Made by a program: the position numbers and the translations under genes. This document shows, piece by piece, positions 49,760 to 62,914 of a DNA stretch of 64,000 nucleotides. How positions within the stretch are numbered: the stretch's first letter is position 1; each line of letters starts with the position of its first letter. The notes beneath the pieces were generated by a model. It searched no databases. It was not told where the DNA came from and saw nothing but the letters and a program-made list of their open reading frames with translations. Source of the DNA: Carcharhinus amblyrhynchos (taxonomy: Eukaryota); contig OZ336887.1 in NCBI GenBank assembly GCA_965287045.1, positions 38,254,001 through 38,318,000 of the forward strand. The letters run 5' to 3'.

Positions 49760-50360
49760 TGTCTGAAATTTGCTGCCTGAGTTAGTGGTGGAGGCACAGA
49801 CTCTAAACTTGTTTAAAAGGTACCTAGATCTGCACCTTAAGTGCTGTAAATTGCAGGATTATGAGTTGGATGCAGGAAGATGGGATTAGAAAGGGCACCC
49901 GGGTGCCTTTGGGCTGGCATATGCAAGATAAGTCTATAAGTTAAAAAAAGGGCAGAATTAGGCCATTCGGCCCATCGAGTCCACTCGCCATTCAGTCATG
50001 GCCGATATGCTCCTCATCCTCATTTTCCTGCCTTTTCCCCATAACCTTTCAACCCATTACCAATTAATGGCAACTCCTCCTTAAATTTACTCACTGTCCC
50101 AGCATCCACTGCAATTTGGATAGCGAATTCCACAGATTCACAACCCTTTGGGAGAAGTAGTTTCTCCTCAACTGTGTTTTAAATTTGCTACCCCTCATTC
50201 TAAGACTATGACCTCTCGTCCTAGAATGCCCCACCAGTCGAAGCATCCACTCCACGTTTACTTTATCCATACCTTTTATCATTTTGAATACCTCAATTTG
50301 ATTTCTCCTCATTCTTCTAAAGATGGACCAACTAGCCCTCTTCTGTGCTAAATTATTTCA
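49760..50360. mobile_element. CR1 tail (+) with a nested CR1 3' fragment (-, 49930-50319)
   Basis: Minus-strand ORF ...LRRNYFSQRVVNLWNSL; AAGAT at 49925 and 50320 flanks the insert; host tail resumes at 50325. Confidence 0.8.
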
Positions 50361-50369
50361 GTGGTTCTA

Positions 50370-50462
50370 TACATGAGATAAATGAAAAATCATGTTTTTC
50401 AACCTAAAAATTATGGGGTCAACTTTTACATGAGATTGATTTTTACATGAGTATACAAAGTA
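50370..50462. mobile_element. Possible Tc2/pogo-type DNA transposon end
   Basis: GGGGTCAACTTTTACATGAG...TTTTTACATGAGTATACAAAGTA resembles the subterminally repeated TIR of that group; from memory only. Confidence 0.4.
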
Positions 50463-51155
50463 CATAGATCTTTGAGCACACCCACTAAATGTGGAAATGC
50501 TTTTAACACAATCTTGCAACTGAGCCTGAATGATTTTGTAGCTTATATATTTGTTTTACCATACTGATTTCACTGTTGAAGCTATCTGTGAATTAATATC
50601 TTTCTAAAAACCTCAATCCTTTCTAAACTTAAACGCAGATGTCTTCAAACACACTCTTAATGGAAAAATGGCAGCTTGATCAATTTGTTAACTGTAAGCT
50701 TTAGATTGAACATAGAATCATAGAGCCTAGAAGGAGGCTGTTCAGTTTATTGTGTCTATGACGGCACTTTGAAAGAGCTATCCAATTTGTCCCACTCCCC
50801 AGTTATTATAGAATCTTAGAATAGTTAGAACACGGAAGGGTGTCATTTGGCCTGTCATGTCACTGTACTCAGTGTAACAGAAACTTAACTAGTCCTACTC
50901 CCCAACCTTTTCCTTTAGCCCTGCAAATGTTTCTCTCATCAAATAATTTTCCAATTCTCCTTTGAAGGACAAGGTTGAATCTATCCCTACTCAGGCCCTG
51001 ACTACTTGCTATGTAAAAACAAAATTTTTTTTTGTCACATTGTTTCTGGTTCTTTTGCCATTCATCTTAAATCAGAATGATCAAGTTCTTGATCATTCTG
51101 CCAATGGGAACTGTTTCTCCTTAACTTCTATTTATTTCATAACATTTGATTAGAA

Positions 51156-52181
51156 TAGTGGAGTGCCCCAGGGGTCGGTGCTGGGGCCTCAGCTTTTTAC
51201 CATTTATATAGATGATCTGGAGGAGGGAACCGAGTGTAGGGTGTCGAAATTTGCTGATGACACCAAGATAGGGGGAACGGCAAATTGTGCGGAGGGTGTG
51301 GAGAGTCTGCAGAAGGATCTAGATAGGCTGGGCGAATGGGCCAGGAAATGGCAAATGGAATTTAATGTTGGCAAGTGTGAGGTGGTCCACTTTGGTAGGA
51401 AGAATGGTAGGAAGGACTATTACTTACAGGGCGAAAAACTGCAGCAGGCGACGGTGCAGAGGGACCTCGGGGTCCTTGTGCATGAGTCGCAAAAACCCAG
51501 CTTGCAGGTGCAGCAGGTGGTCAGGAAGGCGAATGGGATACTGGCCTTCATAGCAAGGGGGATTGAATATAAAAGTAGGGAGGTCTTGCTGCAGCTGTAT
51601 AGGGCATTGGTGAGGCTGCAGCTGGAGTACTGTGTGCAGTTTTGGGCACCGCACCTGCGCAAAGATATTTTGGCCTTGGAGGGAGTGCAGAGGAGGTTTA
51701 CTAGGCTGATACCGGAGTTGAGGGGGTTGAGCTATGAGGAGAGGCTGAATAAACTGGGCTTGTACTCGTTAGAGTTTAGAAGAATGAGGGGAGATCTCAT
51801 TGAGACTTATAAGATGATGAATGGGATGGATAGGATAGAGGTGGAGAGACTTTTCCTGCTCAAAAAAAGACAGTAGGACTAGGGGGCACAGCCTCAAGAT
51901 AAAAGGGGGGTGGTTTAGAACGGAGTTGAGGAGGAACTTCTTCACTCAAAGGGTGGTGAATCTCTGGAATTCTCTGCCCGTTGAAGTGGTGGAGGCTGCC
52001 TCGCTAAATATTTTTAAGACGCGGGTTGATGGGTTTTTGATAAGAGAGGGGATTAAGGGTTATGGGGAGAAAGCGGGAAAGTGGAACTGAGCAGCGACAG
52101 ATCAGTCATGATCTTATTGAATGGCGGGGCAGGCTCGAAGGGCTGGATGGCCTACTCCTGCTCCTATTTCTTATGTTCTTA
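51156..52181 (+). mobile_element. Young CR1 LINE 3' fragment
   Basis: 237-aa ORF with PQGSVLGP and FADD; +1 frameshift in the A-run near 51863; TTCTTATG tail. Confidence 0.95.
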
Positions 52182-53217
52182 ATAAGATATCCAGCTGCTT
52201 TTAGACTAAACCAATGAATTGCTGTGCCATCCTGAAAAGTTGCCAGTCACAACCAGCCACACTGATTGAAGGGATAAGTAACATCCTCCTAGGTTGCAGC
52301 CTGGGCTTGAAACCTCTTTGACTACTCCACTGCTTTTGATGTTATCAATCATTTAATCCTCCATGAACATTTTCCCTCTCTTTTGTACATCCACTACCAT
52401 CCTCATTGTGCTACGTATATCACGTGCACCCTACCAGTGGCCCACTCCTCATCCTTCACACACACACACACCCACACACCACCTGAGAAGTATATCAGTT
52501 TTCACTACACACTGATAACGCATGTAACTGTGTCTTTTTTTGACCCTGAGACTGCTATCAGTCTAACTCCATATCTGATAGTTCTGAATGAGCCAAAACA
52601 TCTAGCTAAAATAGACCCATCTTCATGTTGCTGACCTTACCTTGCAATCCTGATTTAAAATGTCCTTATGTAGGTTGTAGCACAATTTTTCACAGTGATT
52701 CATAAGATAGTGTGGGGAATGTGAACTGGATCAGAAATTAAATCAAGGGGAAGGAAAAAGCTGTTGTAGATGGAGCTGAATGTATTCAAATCTGTGACAG
52801 CGAGATTGCGGTAAGTAGCATTTCCAAGAACATGGAACAGTTTATTTTCAACTATAATTTACAAATTGAGTTTTTTAAAAACTGGAGTAATATAGAAAAA
52901 TTGTGTTAATGAAAATGTTTTACAGGACTCTGACCACATGGTGTTCAGAATGTTTATTACCTTTTTTTTGCTCTGTCACCCTAAAATACTGCATGACGAT
53001 GAAACAGCTTGCACAGTGGAAGACACCCATCAAAGTTTTCCATCACTTTTTCAAATGGTTTGATGTTGATTTTCTGAGTCGTAATTTAAAACCAGAGGTG
53101 AATTATATGCAGTACTCATTTCCGTGAGTACAGTTTGCAATTCAAATATGGATCAGGCTGATGCAAAGAGTATATGTACTCTGAAAGCCTAAATGGATTG
53201 ATCTAACAAAGACAACA

Positions 53218-53510
53218 GGGTGGCACAATGGTTAGCACTGCAGTCTCACAGTGATCTGGATTGAATTTCGGCCTCAGTTTGCATGTTCTCTCTATGTCTG
53301 TGTGGGTTTCCTCTGAATGGTCTGGTTTCCTCCCACAGTCCAAAGATGTTTGGGTTAGGTTGATTCGCTGTGCTAAATTCACTCTTGTATCAGTGAGATA
53401 CAGCAGGGTAAATATGTAGGGTTATGGCAATAGGGCCTGGGTAGGATTGTGGTTGGTGCAGACTCGATAGGCTGATTGGCCTCCTTTGCACTGTAGGAAT
53501 TCTATGATTA
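53218..53510 (+). mobile_element. HE1-like V-SINE
   Basis: GGGTGGCACAATGGTTAGCACTGC head; GCACTGTAGGAATTCTATGA tail. Confidence 0.88.
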
Positions 53511-54019
53511 GCTAGTGGCCTTCAACACCTGAATAATTGCTGAGCATTATGCTTCACTGTCTTGCTGCTTTGTTCTTTGAATGCTATATTGAAAAGAATT
53601 GCTACTAAGTCTACATGTTTGGTTAATTATTCACGCTGAATAAGCTGTATACCAGTTCAATGGAAATCGAAGATCGTATTTTTGTGACGAGGAAATGCTG
53701 TGTTGGACTGCAGTGGATGAGATGAGAGGTCACATGACAGATTATAGTCCAACAGGTTTATTTCAGAGTACTACTCCTTAGTCAGGTGAACTGCAATAAC
53801 CACAAGTATTTTTCAACCTAGTGCCTACTATCCTGTTTTTTCAATTATTGCAGTGAAGATTTGCATTTTTACAACACCTGGTCAGGTTATTTCTAATTTG
53901 TGTGGGAAAATTCAGCAGTAATGTGGTGTACAATGAAACTCCATATGAGTTATGATGAGCTTTTTTTCATTGTTCATGGGATGTGGGCATCACTAGCAAG
54001 TCCAACATTTATTAACACA

Positions 54020-54372
54020 GAAACAAAGGAGATAGAAACAGGCAGAGACAATTTGCCTCTTTCAGTCTGCTCCGCCATTCATCACGATCAGGCCTAATCC
54101 TGCTGTCTAATGTTATATCTGGTGTCGCCTCTTGAATATATTCAATGTTTTGCAATCAGCTTCTTCCTGTGATAATGAATTCTACATTGGATGAGGAAAT
54201 GTCTATCCTGAATTGTCAGACTGTGACCCTGGTTCTGCATTCCCCCACCATCAGTAACATCCTCTCTGTATCTACCCTATCTAGTCCTGTTAGAATTTTG
54301 TAAGTCTCTGTGAGATCCCTCCTTGTTTGTCTGAACTCCAGTGTAAACAATCCTAACCTAGTCAATCTCTCT
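54020..54372 (-). mobile_element. Old CR1 3' end
   Basis: Reverse CR1 ORF2 end and tail, embedded in another LINE tail. Confidence 0.65.
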
Positions 54373-55323
54373 TTCAAATTGTCTCTAATTCACCTTGAGG
54401 CGATGGTGGTGAGCTACCTTTAACCACTGCAGTCCTTGTGTTGTAGATACATCTGTTTGCGAGGGAGTTCTGAGACTTTGACCCTATGACAGTGAAGAAA
54501 GGATGATTAAATTGCTTTCTATGAGTGGTGGTTGAGAGTGGATTGATGGCGATAATATCAGAAAACCCTGCTGTTCTTTACACAATGCCATTAAAAACTG
54601 TTCCATTGAATTTGAATTTAACACCTCATCTAAAAGAATAGTGGTGAAAGAGTCTTTGTCTACATTGAATGGGGAAAAGGGTGGAATCTGTATTTTACAG
54701 TACTATAGAAAAAGAAACCAAGTAGTCTTCCTTTCATTTACATAGCACTTCATAACCTCAGGATGTCCCAAACACTTTACAGGACAATTAAGTACTTCTG
54801 ACATGGAGTCACTGTTGTAATGTAGGAAACTGAATTTCTTACTTAGAACTGGAACGGCCAATAGTAAAGAGAGAGAGAGCTAGTGCATTGCTCTTTCACC
54901 AGTGTGTATCTAGATTTCAGTTACTGTTTGTTACTACATAGGAATTGCTGGATGAAAAAAGACCAAGGACCATCTCAGTTCACCTTTTATCACTATGTTT
55001 GTCATATGATACATTAATAATGGATTTGTTGGCTAACTAGTCATCAATGTCAGCATGAGTCTACAACAGAGCCATCAAAATAGGGAACATTTTGGGATCC
55101 ATAGGCCAAAGGCACTTGTTCCTTCTAAGTGTACTGCACCATTGGTCTTATCTCAAATTACTCATACTGGAGGAATTTGGTCAGTCTTGATTTAGCTTGA
55201 GGGGAGTTTAAGCTATTAATTTGGAACGGTCTCATTTAGCGAGATGGTGCAATGACTGGTGTGTAAAGACACAGTGTTGGAAATGTTGTAATTTATAGGT
55301 TGCATATTGAGACAATCAAGAAT

Positions 55324-58004
55324 TTTATTGTACATCTAGTCTGTGGTATTTTCTAATGGGAAAGATTATTTAACATTCTGTTTAGCCAGTATCTCAAAAC
55401 CATCCTTGATACTCTTACATGGAAACTATTTCAGCCTCAGTTTTGGATGATGTGCATGATGTGAAGGTGATGGTATTCCAACTGATACAATATTAAACAA
55501 CACATTTTACAAAAGAAATGTTTGTGATACTGAAAGCAGTTCTGTTTTCACTAGTGTCCTTTCACTTAAAGGCTTTCCATGCTGGAAAGGAAAATTTAAA
55601 ACTGATTTGAAGGAATAGCATGCAATTATCACAATACAATTCATCTCACTTGTGCAACACAATCAAGACCTTTAATTGAAAGTATCAACATACAAAGTCT
55701 GGTCTGGGACATCATGATAACTTTTTCATTTCAGCACCATTTTATCCACTGTACATTATGCATGATTTCCACAACCAAGTCCACACCATATTAAAATAAG
55801 ACAAATGGAATGAATGTGAACACATTTATGCATCAATTAATCCTATGCTTCATTTTACTTTTCCTCATAACCATCAGGATCTTAATTTTTGGTTATTTAC
55901 TTGTTTCTTTTATTGATAACGCTCCTATTCAAGTATATTGCCCACAATCTTGAAACTTAGTGAGTAAATTAGTTTTGCCCCTCTATAGCTACCAGTGCAT
56001 TCTTCATTTTAATTGTTAGCAGCATATAACATTTAATAGTTCCAAATACCAGAGACAAATTACCAGAAGGACCAATTGCAAAATCCCAATGACTACAAGA
56101 AAGGAGGAAGAAACAAAATGCAGGTTATGTTACTTCCAATATATAATTCTTCAGCTGCAGTCTCATTTCATATACTGGCTGTGAATATATTGCATTATAC
56201 AGGAAGGTGCAAGTGAGTGAAAACAAAGAGGCTGAAAAAGTGCAAATTGCACATATAACTTTAAAGCAATATATAAATTAGATTCTGAAAACTACATTCT
56301 GTATCTGGAATAAAGAATATAACTTAGATCATTTTCTCTTCCTTCATTCACTTTCTGAGGCCTATCTTAAGTCAGCTGTCATAAAGTGTGAGTTAGTTGA
56401 GATATATGGTTGGCAAGTGTACTGTCAGTGACACCTGCAGAAGCAGTTTCCCTCCATGTCAGTTGACATAATCCACTTTTCACACTGTCAAAGCGTTACA
56501 GTGAAACCCGCATATCAATTATCGCTTTGGAGACTGGAGCAATCACGTTACAAGAGAAAGCTTCCACTGACTTTTCTGTTAAAAATAACTACATTCACCA
56601 AACAATCATGTTTAGTCTCAAGCACTGTCTATATGTAACAAGCTTGCTGTACATTAATAGAAATTCTCTGGATGCTATTTTGTCAGGTACCTTGGGGATG
56701 CGCAATGTTTTGGGTTGAGATTACACCTCAGAGGAAAAAAACTACTGGTCCCATTGTTGAGATACACCTTAAAGAATGCATTTAGTGTAATATTAATGTT
56801 ACTGTAACTGGTGAATGAAAATTGATAGATACAGTTGGTGGCTTAGTTACAGGCATTCATTCACAACTTTTCAAAATAAATTTCAAATATTTTTACGTCA
56901 GTTTTAAAAAATATGCATATTAAAAAGCTGAGGATACAATTTTGGAAGAATTGTTGCAATGGGAAAGCTTTTTACATTACCATGGTAATTATAAATTACA
57001 CTCTAATCTGGCACAGACATCACAGAACACAACTTATCATGGAAATTTAACTTTAAACTGAGCCACACAGGGTAACTAACATTTAACTAACATTTACTTC
57101 AAGCGGAGAACACATCCCTTTGAGAACACACCCTCTAAAAACAGCTACTAGATAGATACATAATTTAATTCAAGCTGTACATTTTGTACAGAAGAAAAGC
57201 GCGGTACCACAGACTACGTTCTGACTGTAATTTCAGCTTCACTAACATCAGTATTTTTTTTTCCCTTTGACCGTCGGCAAAAAATTTACACATTTGGGAG
57301 AAATTAAAAGCAATTTCAAGTTTTGTTGGTGCACAATTGCAACTAAGACAAAAGAAAACTCTCATGGATGTTGGAAAACAGTTTATAATGTAGAATCACT
57401 GCTGGTTAAAGTCTGTACAGCTCATTTTAATTTTTACTTCATATACTTAAATACTTCATACACATAAATACAGTTGTTTGAAGACTTGTAGAACAAAGTT
57501 GACCAACAGAGAATTGGCACATGACCAGCAATGGACAATTACAGGTGGGTACATGAAACAGACTGAATTGAAAAAAAAAGAAATTTCAACTTTTCATGTC
57601 ATTGTATTTATAGTGTCCTATTGCAGCGGAAACATTTTGGGATTAAATATTAATGAACAAAAATACTCATGCAGTGTTGTGTGAATTGAACCATATGTTT
57701 TGACAGTCGTTCCAAATGCTGAGGTGAAATTCATGCTCTCAATTTTACAGTTTAGCGACATGCACATCCACTTCAGACTTCACTTTTTTTTTTGCCACAG
57801 TTTAGTTTTGTTTTAGTGCTTGCACCCCAACCACCCCCCCAGCCCCCATCCTGCTAATTGTTGGGGTGTACTGGGGGGGCACAAAGATGGGAGGAGAGGG
57901 AAACAGACTGCTGCACAAACACCAAACAACTCTTATTTCGAAAAGAACAGTGACGAGCAGATGATGTCCTAAATGTTCCCGTGGTTTCAGGAACCAAAAT
58001 CCTT
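55324..58004 (-). other. Probable ADAP1 3' UTR
   Basis: About 2.7 kb of AT-rich sequence with no recognisable repeats after the stop; minus-strand AATAAA at 55909-55914 and 55324-55329. True end unknown. Confidence 0.5.
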
Positions 58005-58033
58005 CTATGGTTTGTGTTTAAAATGTGCTTCCA
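58005..58033 (-). CDS. ADAP1: ADAP1 last coding exon
   Basis: CAG|(V)EAHFKHKP-TAG, the ADAP1-type C-terminus; phase matches the previous exon; adjacency to GET4 supports ADAP1 over ADAP2. Confidence 0.93.
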
Positions 58034-58789
58034 CTGGAAAATAAAACATACAGGCAGAGGTTATTTTGTTGTAAATGCATTTTGACAGGAAAAATAAGCG
58101 TTGAAGTTTTTTTAAAAAGAAAAAGGCTCGTGAATCTAAAAGCGGAGAATGCTGGTATCTATGGATCCAGAAAGTCAGGTCATATTTCAGATCAGTGACT
58201 TTTGGTCAGAACTGGAAGACGTTAGACCCAAGAAGCTTTTAAGCTGGCAAAACAGGAATGGAAGAAAAAGGAGAATTCTGCTGAGGGCCAAAATTATGTT
58301 GGCAAAATGGGGAGATCATGGAGCATGTATAGCAGGAGCTGATGAGAATCCATCGCTATGCTCCCTTTGACTTAGTGTGATTGGCCTAATGGCTGAACAA
58401 AGTATGTCTATGCATTGTAACTGGTCAACACTGAAGTTTCATTACCTGCTAATCATGGAACCATGTTGTTTTAAATAATACTAAAGGCTCACCAAGAGTA
58501 ATTAGTGTGATGGTGCATAAGATGCAATAGTGTTCTCTTCCCCAGGCATGTAAATTATCTTGTTTAAATTTTAAAGAAAAGCATTTTAAATAAATGTAGA
58601 AAAGTGACATGAGCTTCAATGTTATGGGATATCATCACCACAATCTCCAGCAGGAATCCAATTCTTTTCTCTTAAACAAATGGAGGAAACGTACACTAAA
58701 AGAGGGTAAATTCCAGAAACAAAAATTGGAACAATGGAAACACATCTCTTCAAGACAGAAACAGTTGAGATTAATTTGGCTGTCAAACA

Positions 58790-59112
58790 TTCATAGAATC
58801 CCTACAGTACAGAACGAGGCTATTTGGCCCATCAAGTCTGCACTGACTGCAATTACACCCCACCTCCCTGGCCTATCTCTGTAACCCCATATTTATGCTA
58901 GCTAGTCTCCCTGACACTAAGGGACAATTTAGCATAGCCAATGAGCCTAACCCGCACATCTTTGGACTGAGGGGGGGAAACCGGAGCACCCAGAGGAAAC
59001 CCACTCAGACACAGGGAAACTGTGCAAACTCCACACAGACAGACAACTGAGGCCAGAATAGAACCAGGGTCGCTGGTGCTGTGAGGCAGCAGTGCTAACC
59101 ACCTTGCCACCA
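58790..59112 (-). mobile_element. HE1-like V-SINE, full length
   Basis: TCATAGAATCCCTACAGTACAGAA tail; GAAACCGGAGCACCCAGAGGAAACCCAC V-domain; reverse tRNA head. Confidence 0.92.
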
Positions 59113-59454
59113 CCACCACCCTCTCTTCTTCAGCAACAAGTTTTTATTGCAAATTTTAACTTCAGTGCATGAATGATTTGTACCAGATGATGTGACACAG
59201 CCTGATGCCCGATTGAATGAATTATTCAAAAGGAGAATGCCAGCGCTATACAGAAATCTCAATCACAGCTGATATTCAGCACTGTACCTCTATTAATCCT
59301 TATTCTATTTTTGTAATGGCCTTGCTGCAGAAATTTACAGGATAGGAGAACAGACAGATTGATCTCAACACATGAAACCAAATGAATCTAAAAACAAGTC
59401 CCATATTTGTCACAACCCTTCAGTGCATTCAGGATTTAAAGAATATTTCACCCA

Positions 59455-59930
59455 TCGCCTTTGCCCTTGCTAACCTACATTGACTCCTGGACTGGCAATG
59501 TCTCAAATTTTGAAAATTCGCACCCTTGTTTCTAAATCCCTTCATGCTGTGCCTCTCCCCATCTCTGTAACCTTCGCCCATCCTACAATCCTCGGAGATT
59601 TCTGCACTACACTAACTCTTTTGCGCATCCTTAACCTTAATTGTTCCACCATTCACAGTTGTGCAGCTACCTGGGTCCTAAGCTCTGGATTTTTTTCCTT
59701 AAAGTTTATTTATTAGTCACAAGTGGACTTACATTAACACTGCAATGAAGTCACTGTGAAAATCCCCTAGTTGTCACACTCTGCTGCCACATTCTGGTAC
59801 GTTGAGGGAGAATGTAGCATGGCCACTGCACTTAACCAGCACATCTTTTGGACTAACACCCCTTCAGCTCTTTCCTAAACGAAATACTCCTCAAAACCTA
59901 CCTCTCTGACCAAGCTTTAGGTTGCTTACC
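59455..59930 (+). mobile_element. L2-like 3' fragment with a nested type-B SINE tail (59700-59853, -)
   Basis: LKIRTLVSKSLHAVPLP; CTCAAAACCTACCTCTCTGACCAAGCTTT; insert AAAGTTTATTTATTAGTCACAAGT.... Confidence 0.65.
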
Positions 59931-60104
59931 CTATATCTCCATAGGTGGTCCTGTGTTAATTTTTGTTTGATTGATTGCTCCTGTGAAGAGCCATGAGAAG
60001 TCGCTGTGTGAGTGCAGTTTGTTGTCGATTATATGACAGACTTTGCTCCTTGTTTTGTACACACAAGAGAAAAAAGACTTTGTGGAAAGACTTTTGCTTC
60101 TTAC

Positions 60105-60333
60105 CTGCGTACTCCTGGGGCAACATTGCCCTGTCAATGACCTTCTGAAAGGCTTCCATCCAAATGCGGCGCTCATTCTCAGTTTCGCATGCAAACAGGA
60201 ACTTCCTGTCAGGAGTCACTATGGTAATTCCATATTGCCAATGATTTCCTTGGGTTGCTGGAGGAAGACCGGCTAAAACGCTATAGCTATTTTCCTTACT
60301 CCCAATGAACACTTCACCACGAGCAAAGGCATC
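60105..60333 (-). CDS. ADAP1: ADAP1 penultimate coding exon (PH domain)
   Basis: CAG|DAFARGEVFIGSKENSYSVLAGLPPATQGNHWQYGITIVTPDRKFLFACETENERRIWMEAFQKVIDRAMLPQEYA|GTAAG, 229 nt. Confidence 0.95.
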
Positions 60334-60509
60334 CTGCAATGAGAGAATGTGGACAGTTTTTTGTACCTTCTCTCTTCAGCATTGTTCTTCTTCATTGTGT
60401 AAAACAAAAGAAAGACCATTGAATCTGATTTATACCTTGAATGATCAGGCCATTCATTGCTGGAGTACAGTCCCACAGCTATCATTCTGTGCCTTACCCA
60501 AGTTCTCAA

Positions 60510-60962
60510 ATTCAGTCATGATGCAGTGGGTAGCCTTCCAGCCAAAAGATCCGGGGTACAAGTCCCATCCCAGCACCTTAAGCACAAAAATCTAAGTAGA
60601 CTAAGGCAGTACTGGAGGAGTGCTACATTGTCGGGTATGCTGTCTTTCACATTTTTTTTTATTCATTTGTGGGACATGAGCATCGCTGGCTGGGCCAGCA
60701 CTTATTGCTCATCCCTAGTTGCCCTTGGAGAGCAGTTGAGAGTCAGCCACATTGCTGCTCAGAACTCTCCACTCACCTGACGAAGGGTCAGAGGCTCGAA
60801 AGCTAGTGGCTTTTGCTACCAAATAAACCTGTTGGACTTTAACCTGGTGTTGTGAGATTTCTTACATTATTTCAAACAGTAGGGGAGTTGTCCCTAGTGT
60901 CATAACCAATATTTATCCCTCATTAAAACAGATTATCTGGTGATTGTCACATTTGTCAGATC
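60510..60962 (+). mobile_element. SacSINE1-like element split by a LINE tail and a Penelope pLTR
   Basis: 5' half 60510-60650 and 3' half 60875-60962 are complementary to 7850-8180. Confidence 0.65.
60761..60865 (+). mobile_element. Penelope pLTR, single copy
   Basis: CCTGACGAAGGGTCAGAGGCTCGAAAGCTAGTGGCTTTTGCTACCAAATAAACCTGTTGGACTTTAACCTGGTG. Confidence 0.85.
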
Positions 60963-61751
60963 TTGTGCCCATATTAGTTGGCCTGCATGTGACACCAGAC
61001 CCACAGCAATGCGATGGAGTCTCAACTGCCCTCTGGGATGGGCAATAAATGCTAGCCCAGCCAGCGATTCCCACACTCCATGAACGAACAAAAAGTACAT
61101 ATATGAGGAGGCATTGGGAGGGCAGTTGAGAGTCAACCACATTGCTGTGGGTCTGGAGTCACTTATAGGCCAGACCATAAAGGATTCAAGTGAACCAGGT
61201 AAGTATTTATGACAAGTGACAATGGTTTCATGGTCATCATTAGACTTTTAACTCCAGATTTTAAAAAATTGAGTTCAAATTTCACCATCTGCTGTGGTGG
61301 GATCCCTAGAGCTTTATTTTGATACTCCAGTTTATTAGCCCAGTGACAATACTATTAGGCCACTGCCTCCCCTTACAAACAATGTTATACAATCCAATAG
61401 CAGCTCAGATTTTGGTGAATATTGCCTTGGCACAGAGTCAATAAAGTACAGTGCAAAACCATTTTGTTACCTGCATTTAGCCACAATCAAAATACAATAA
61501 CACAGAATCCATCTCACTCAGAGATTGATGGCCTTGTTGATAATCTCAAGCTGGTAGAAAATTATGGGGCCATTCTCCCTGGTGTAGAATTTAATTTCAG
61601 AATATGCATTGACCAAACTGCTGCTTGTTGCCATCGACATCTGACGGAGAAATGCCTTCTCTGCTGATTATTCTAGTGAGGGGGATATGGATGGAAAACG
61701 GGAGGGAATGAAGGGGACCTCATGACGGATCAGCGGCCAGATTTACTCTTT

Positions 61752-61880
61752 TGGGCGGGATTTTCCAGCCGGGCTTGCCCCGAAACCGGAAAAAACATGT
61801 CCAAGGTGAATGGACCTTTCCATGATCTGCCCCTCGCCTGTTACGATTCCTGTGGTGGGCAGAATGAGAAAATTTGCCCC
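61752..61880. mobile_element. Short MITE-like element
   Basis: Imperfect TIRs GGGCGGGATTTTC...GAAAATTTGCCC; relative at 63800-63902. Confidence 0.55.
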
Positions 61881-62298
61881 GATGTTCGTTCACTCTGATA
61901 CAAAAGAATGTGAGGTGCCAAGAATTCATTTTGCATTGATGCATTTTCTCCCTTGGGTTTTTGCTGTTTAAGGATCCACTGGAGGATACTGGTCCTCAAA
62001 CGCTGCCCCTGCTAGGACCAGAGAAAGTTTAGTACAGCTAGTTTGCTTCGAATTCGGCTGTCCATTTTTAATTCCACTTGTCCTCCTTTTAAGTTGCTAT
62101 ATACTCAAAATCCATGAAGCTAATGCTCCCTATTTTTTAAAAAATAAAAAGCGGTGGAAAAGAGCTTGTGCCAATACTGGCCTCGAGGAGGGACCTTGTG
62201 CCAAGGTAGCCTGTGTGAGATTATACCATGAACATTCAGAAAAAGGAACAGGCTAACTTCCGGAAAGTAAGAAATGAGGACACGGGTCCTGTGCCTAC

Positions 62299-62370
62299 CA
62301 GTGGATCTTTAAAATACATCAGCCTCCTGTCGTCTAATGTGAACCACCGCTTCTTAAAGCCTTCAGTTTG
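62299..62370 (-). CDS. ADAP1: ADAP1 (centaurin-alpha1) internal exon, start of second PH domain
   Basis: Minus strand CAG|QTEGFKKRWFTLDDRRLMYFKDPL|GTAGG, 72 nt. Confidence 0.94.
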
Positions 62371-62571
62371 CTGAGGAAACAGAACAAGATTAAGATGTGA
62401 GAGATGGGGTAAAAGTTATTCTGTAAAATAAACATACAAAGTCATTTGGCAGTCGTGACCACGGTTATTTTGCTTCCACATTTTCACAAGGGGCAGAGGA
62501 GGTGGGAAGTTGAAACAAAAGGGAATGACTAAAAAGTTTCCAAGCAGAACAAATCACTGGCGAAAAATAAA

Positions 62572-62780
62572 AGCTAGAGTTCTCTGGCTGGTTCACGCCA
62601 GCAAGATTCTTCGGTCCCGCCAGCAGCACACCCCCGCCCACGGGTTTCCAGCTGGCATGGGGTGATACCAGTGGAAATTCCCATTGACAGCAGCGGGATG
62701 AGAGAATCCCGCCACTGGCGAACCACCGGCCACCTCCCACTAACAGGAATCTAGTGGCTGGGAAGCCAGAGAATCTCATC
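62572..62780. mobile_element. GC-rich MITE-like element
   Basis: TTCTCTGGCT...AGCCAGAGAA terminal inverted repeat; internal GCGGGA/TCCCGC mirrors. Confidence 0.55.
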
Positions 62781-62914
62781 CAAAGAGTACAATCTAATTT
62801 ATAATAATGTAAAGCAGTCTATCCACACTGATCATCGTTTGCGATCCTGCTTATGCAGCAATGACAAGCCTCCATATACCTGATTAGATTCTTCATGGAT
62901 ATGTCTTCAAATCC

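Noticed and set aside
59956-60104. ORF extension past the ADAP1 exon as an alternative C-terminus
   Set aside because: A strong GTAAG donor and an in-phase canonical last exon at 58005-58033 explain the gene; the extension is intronic read-through without support.
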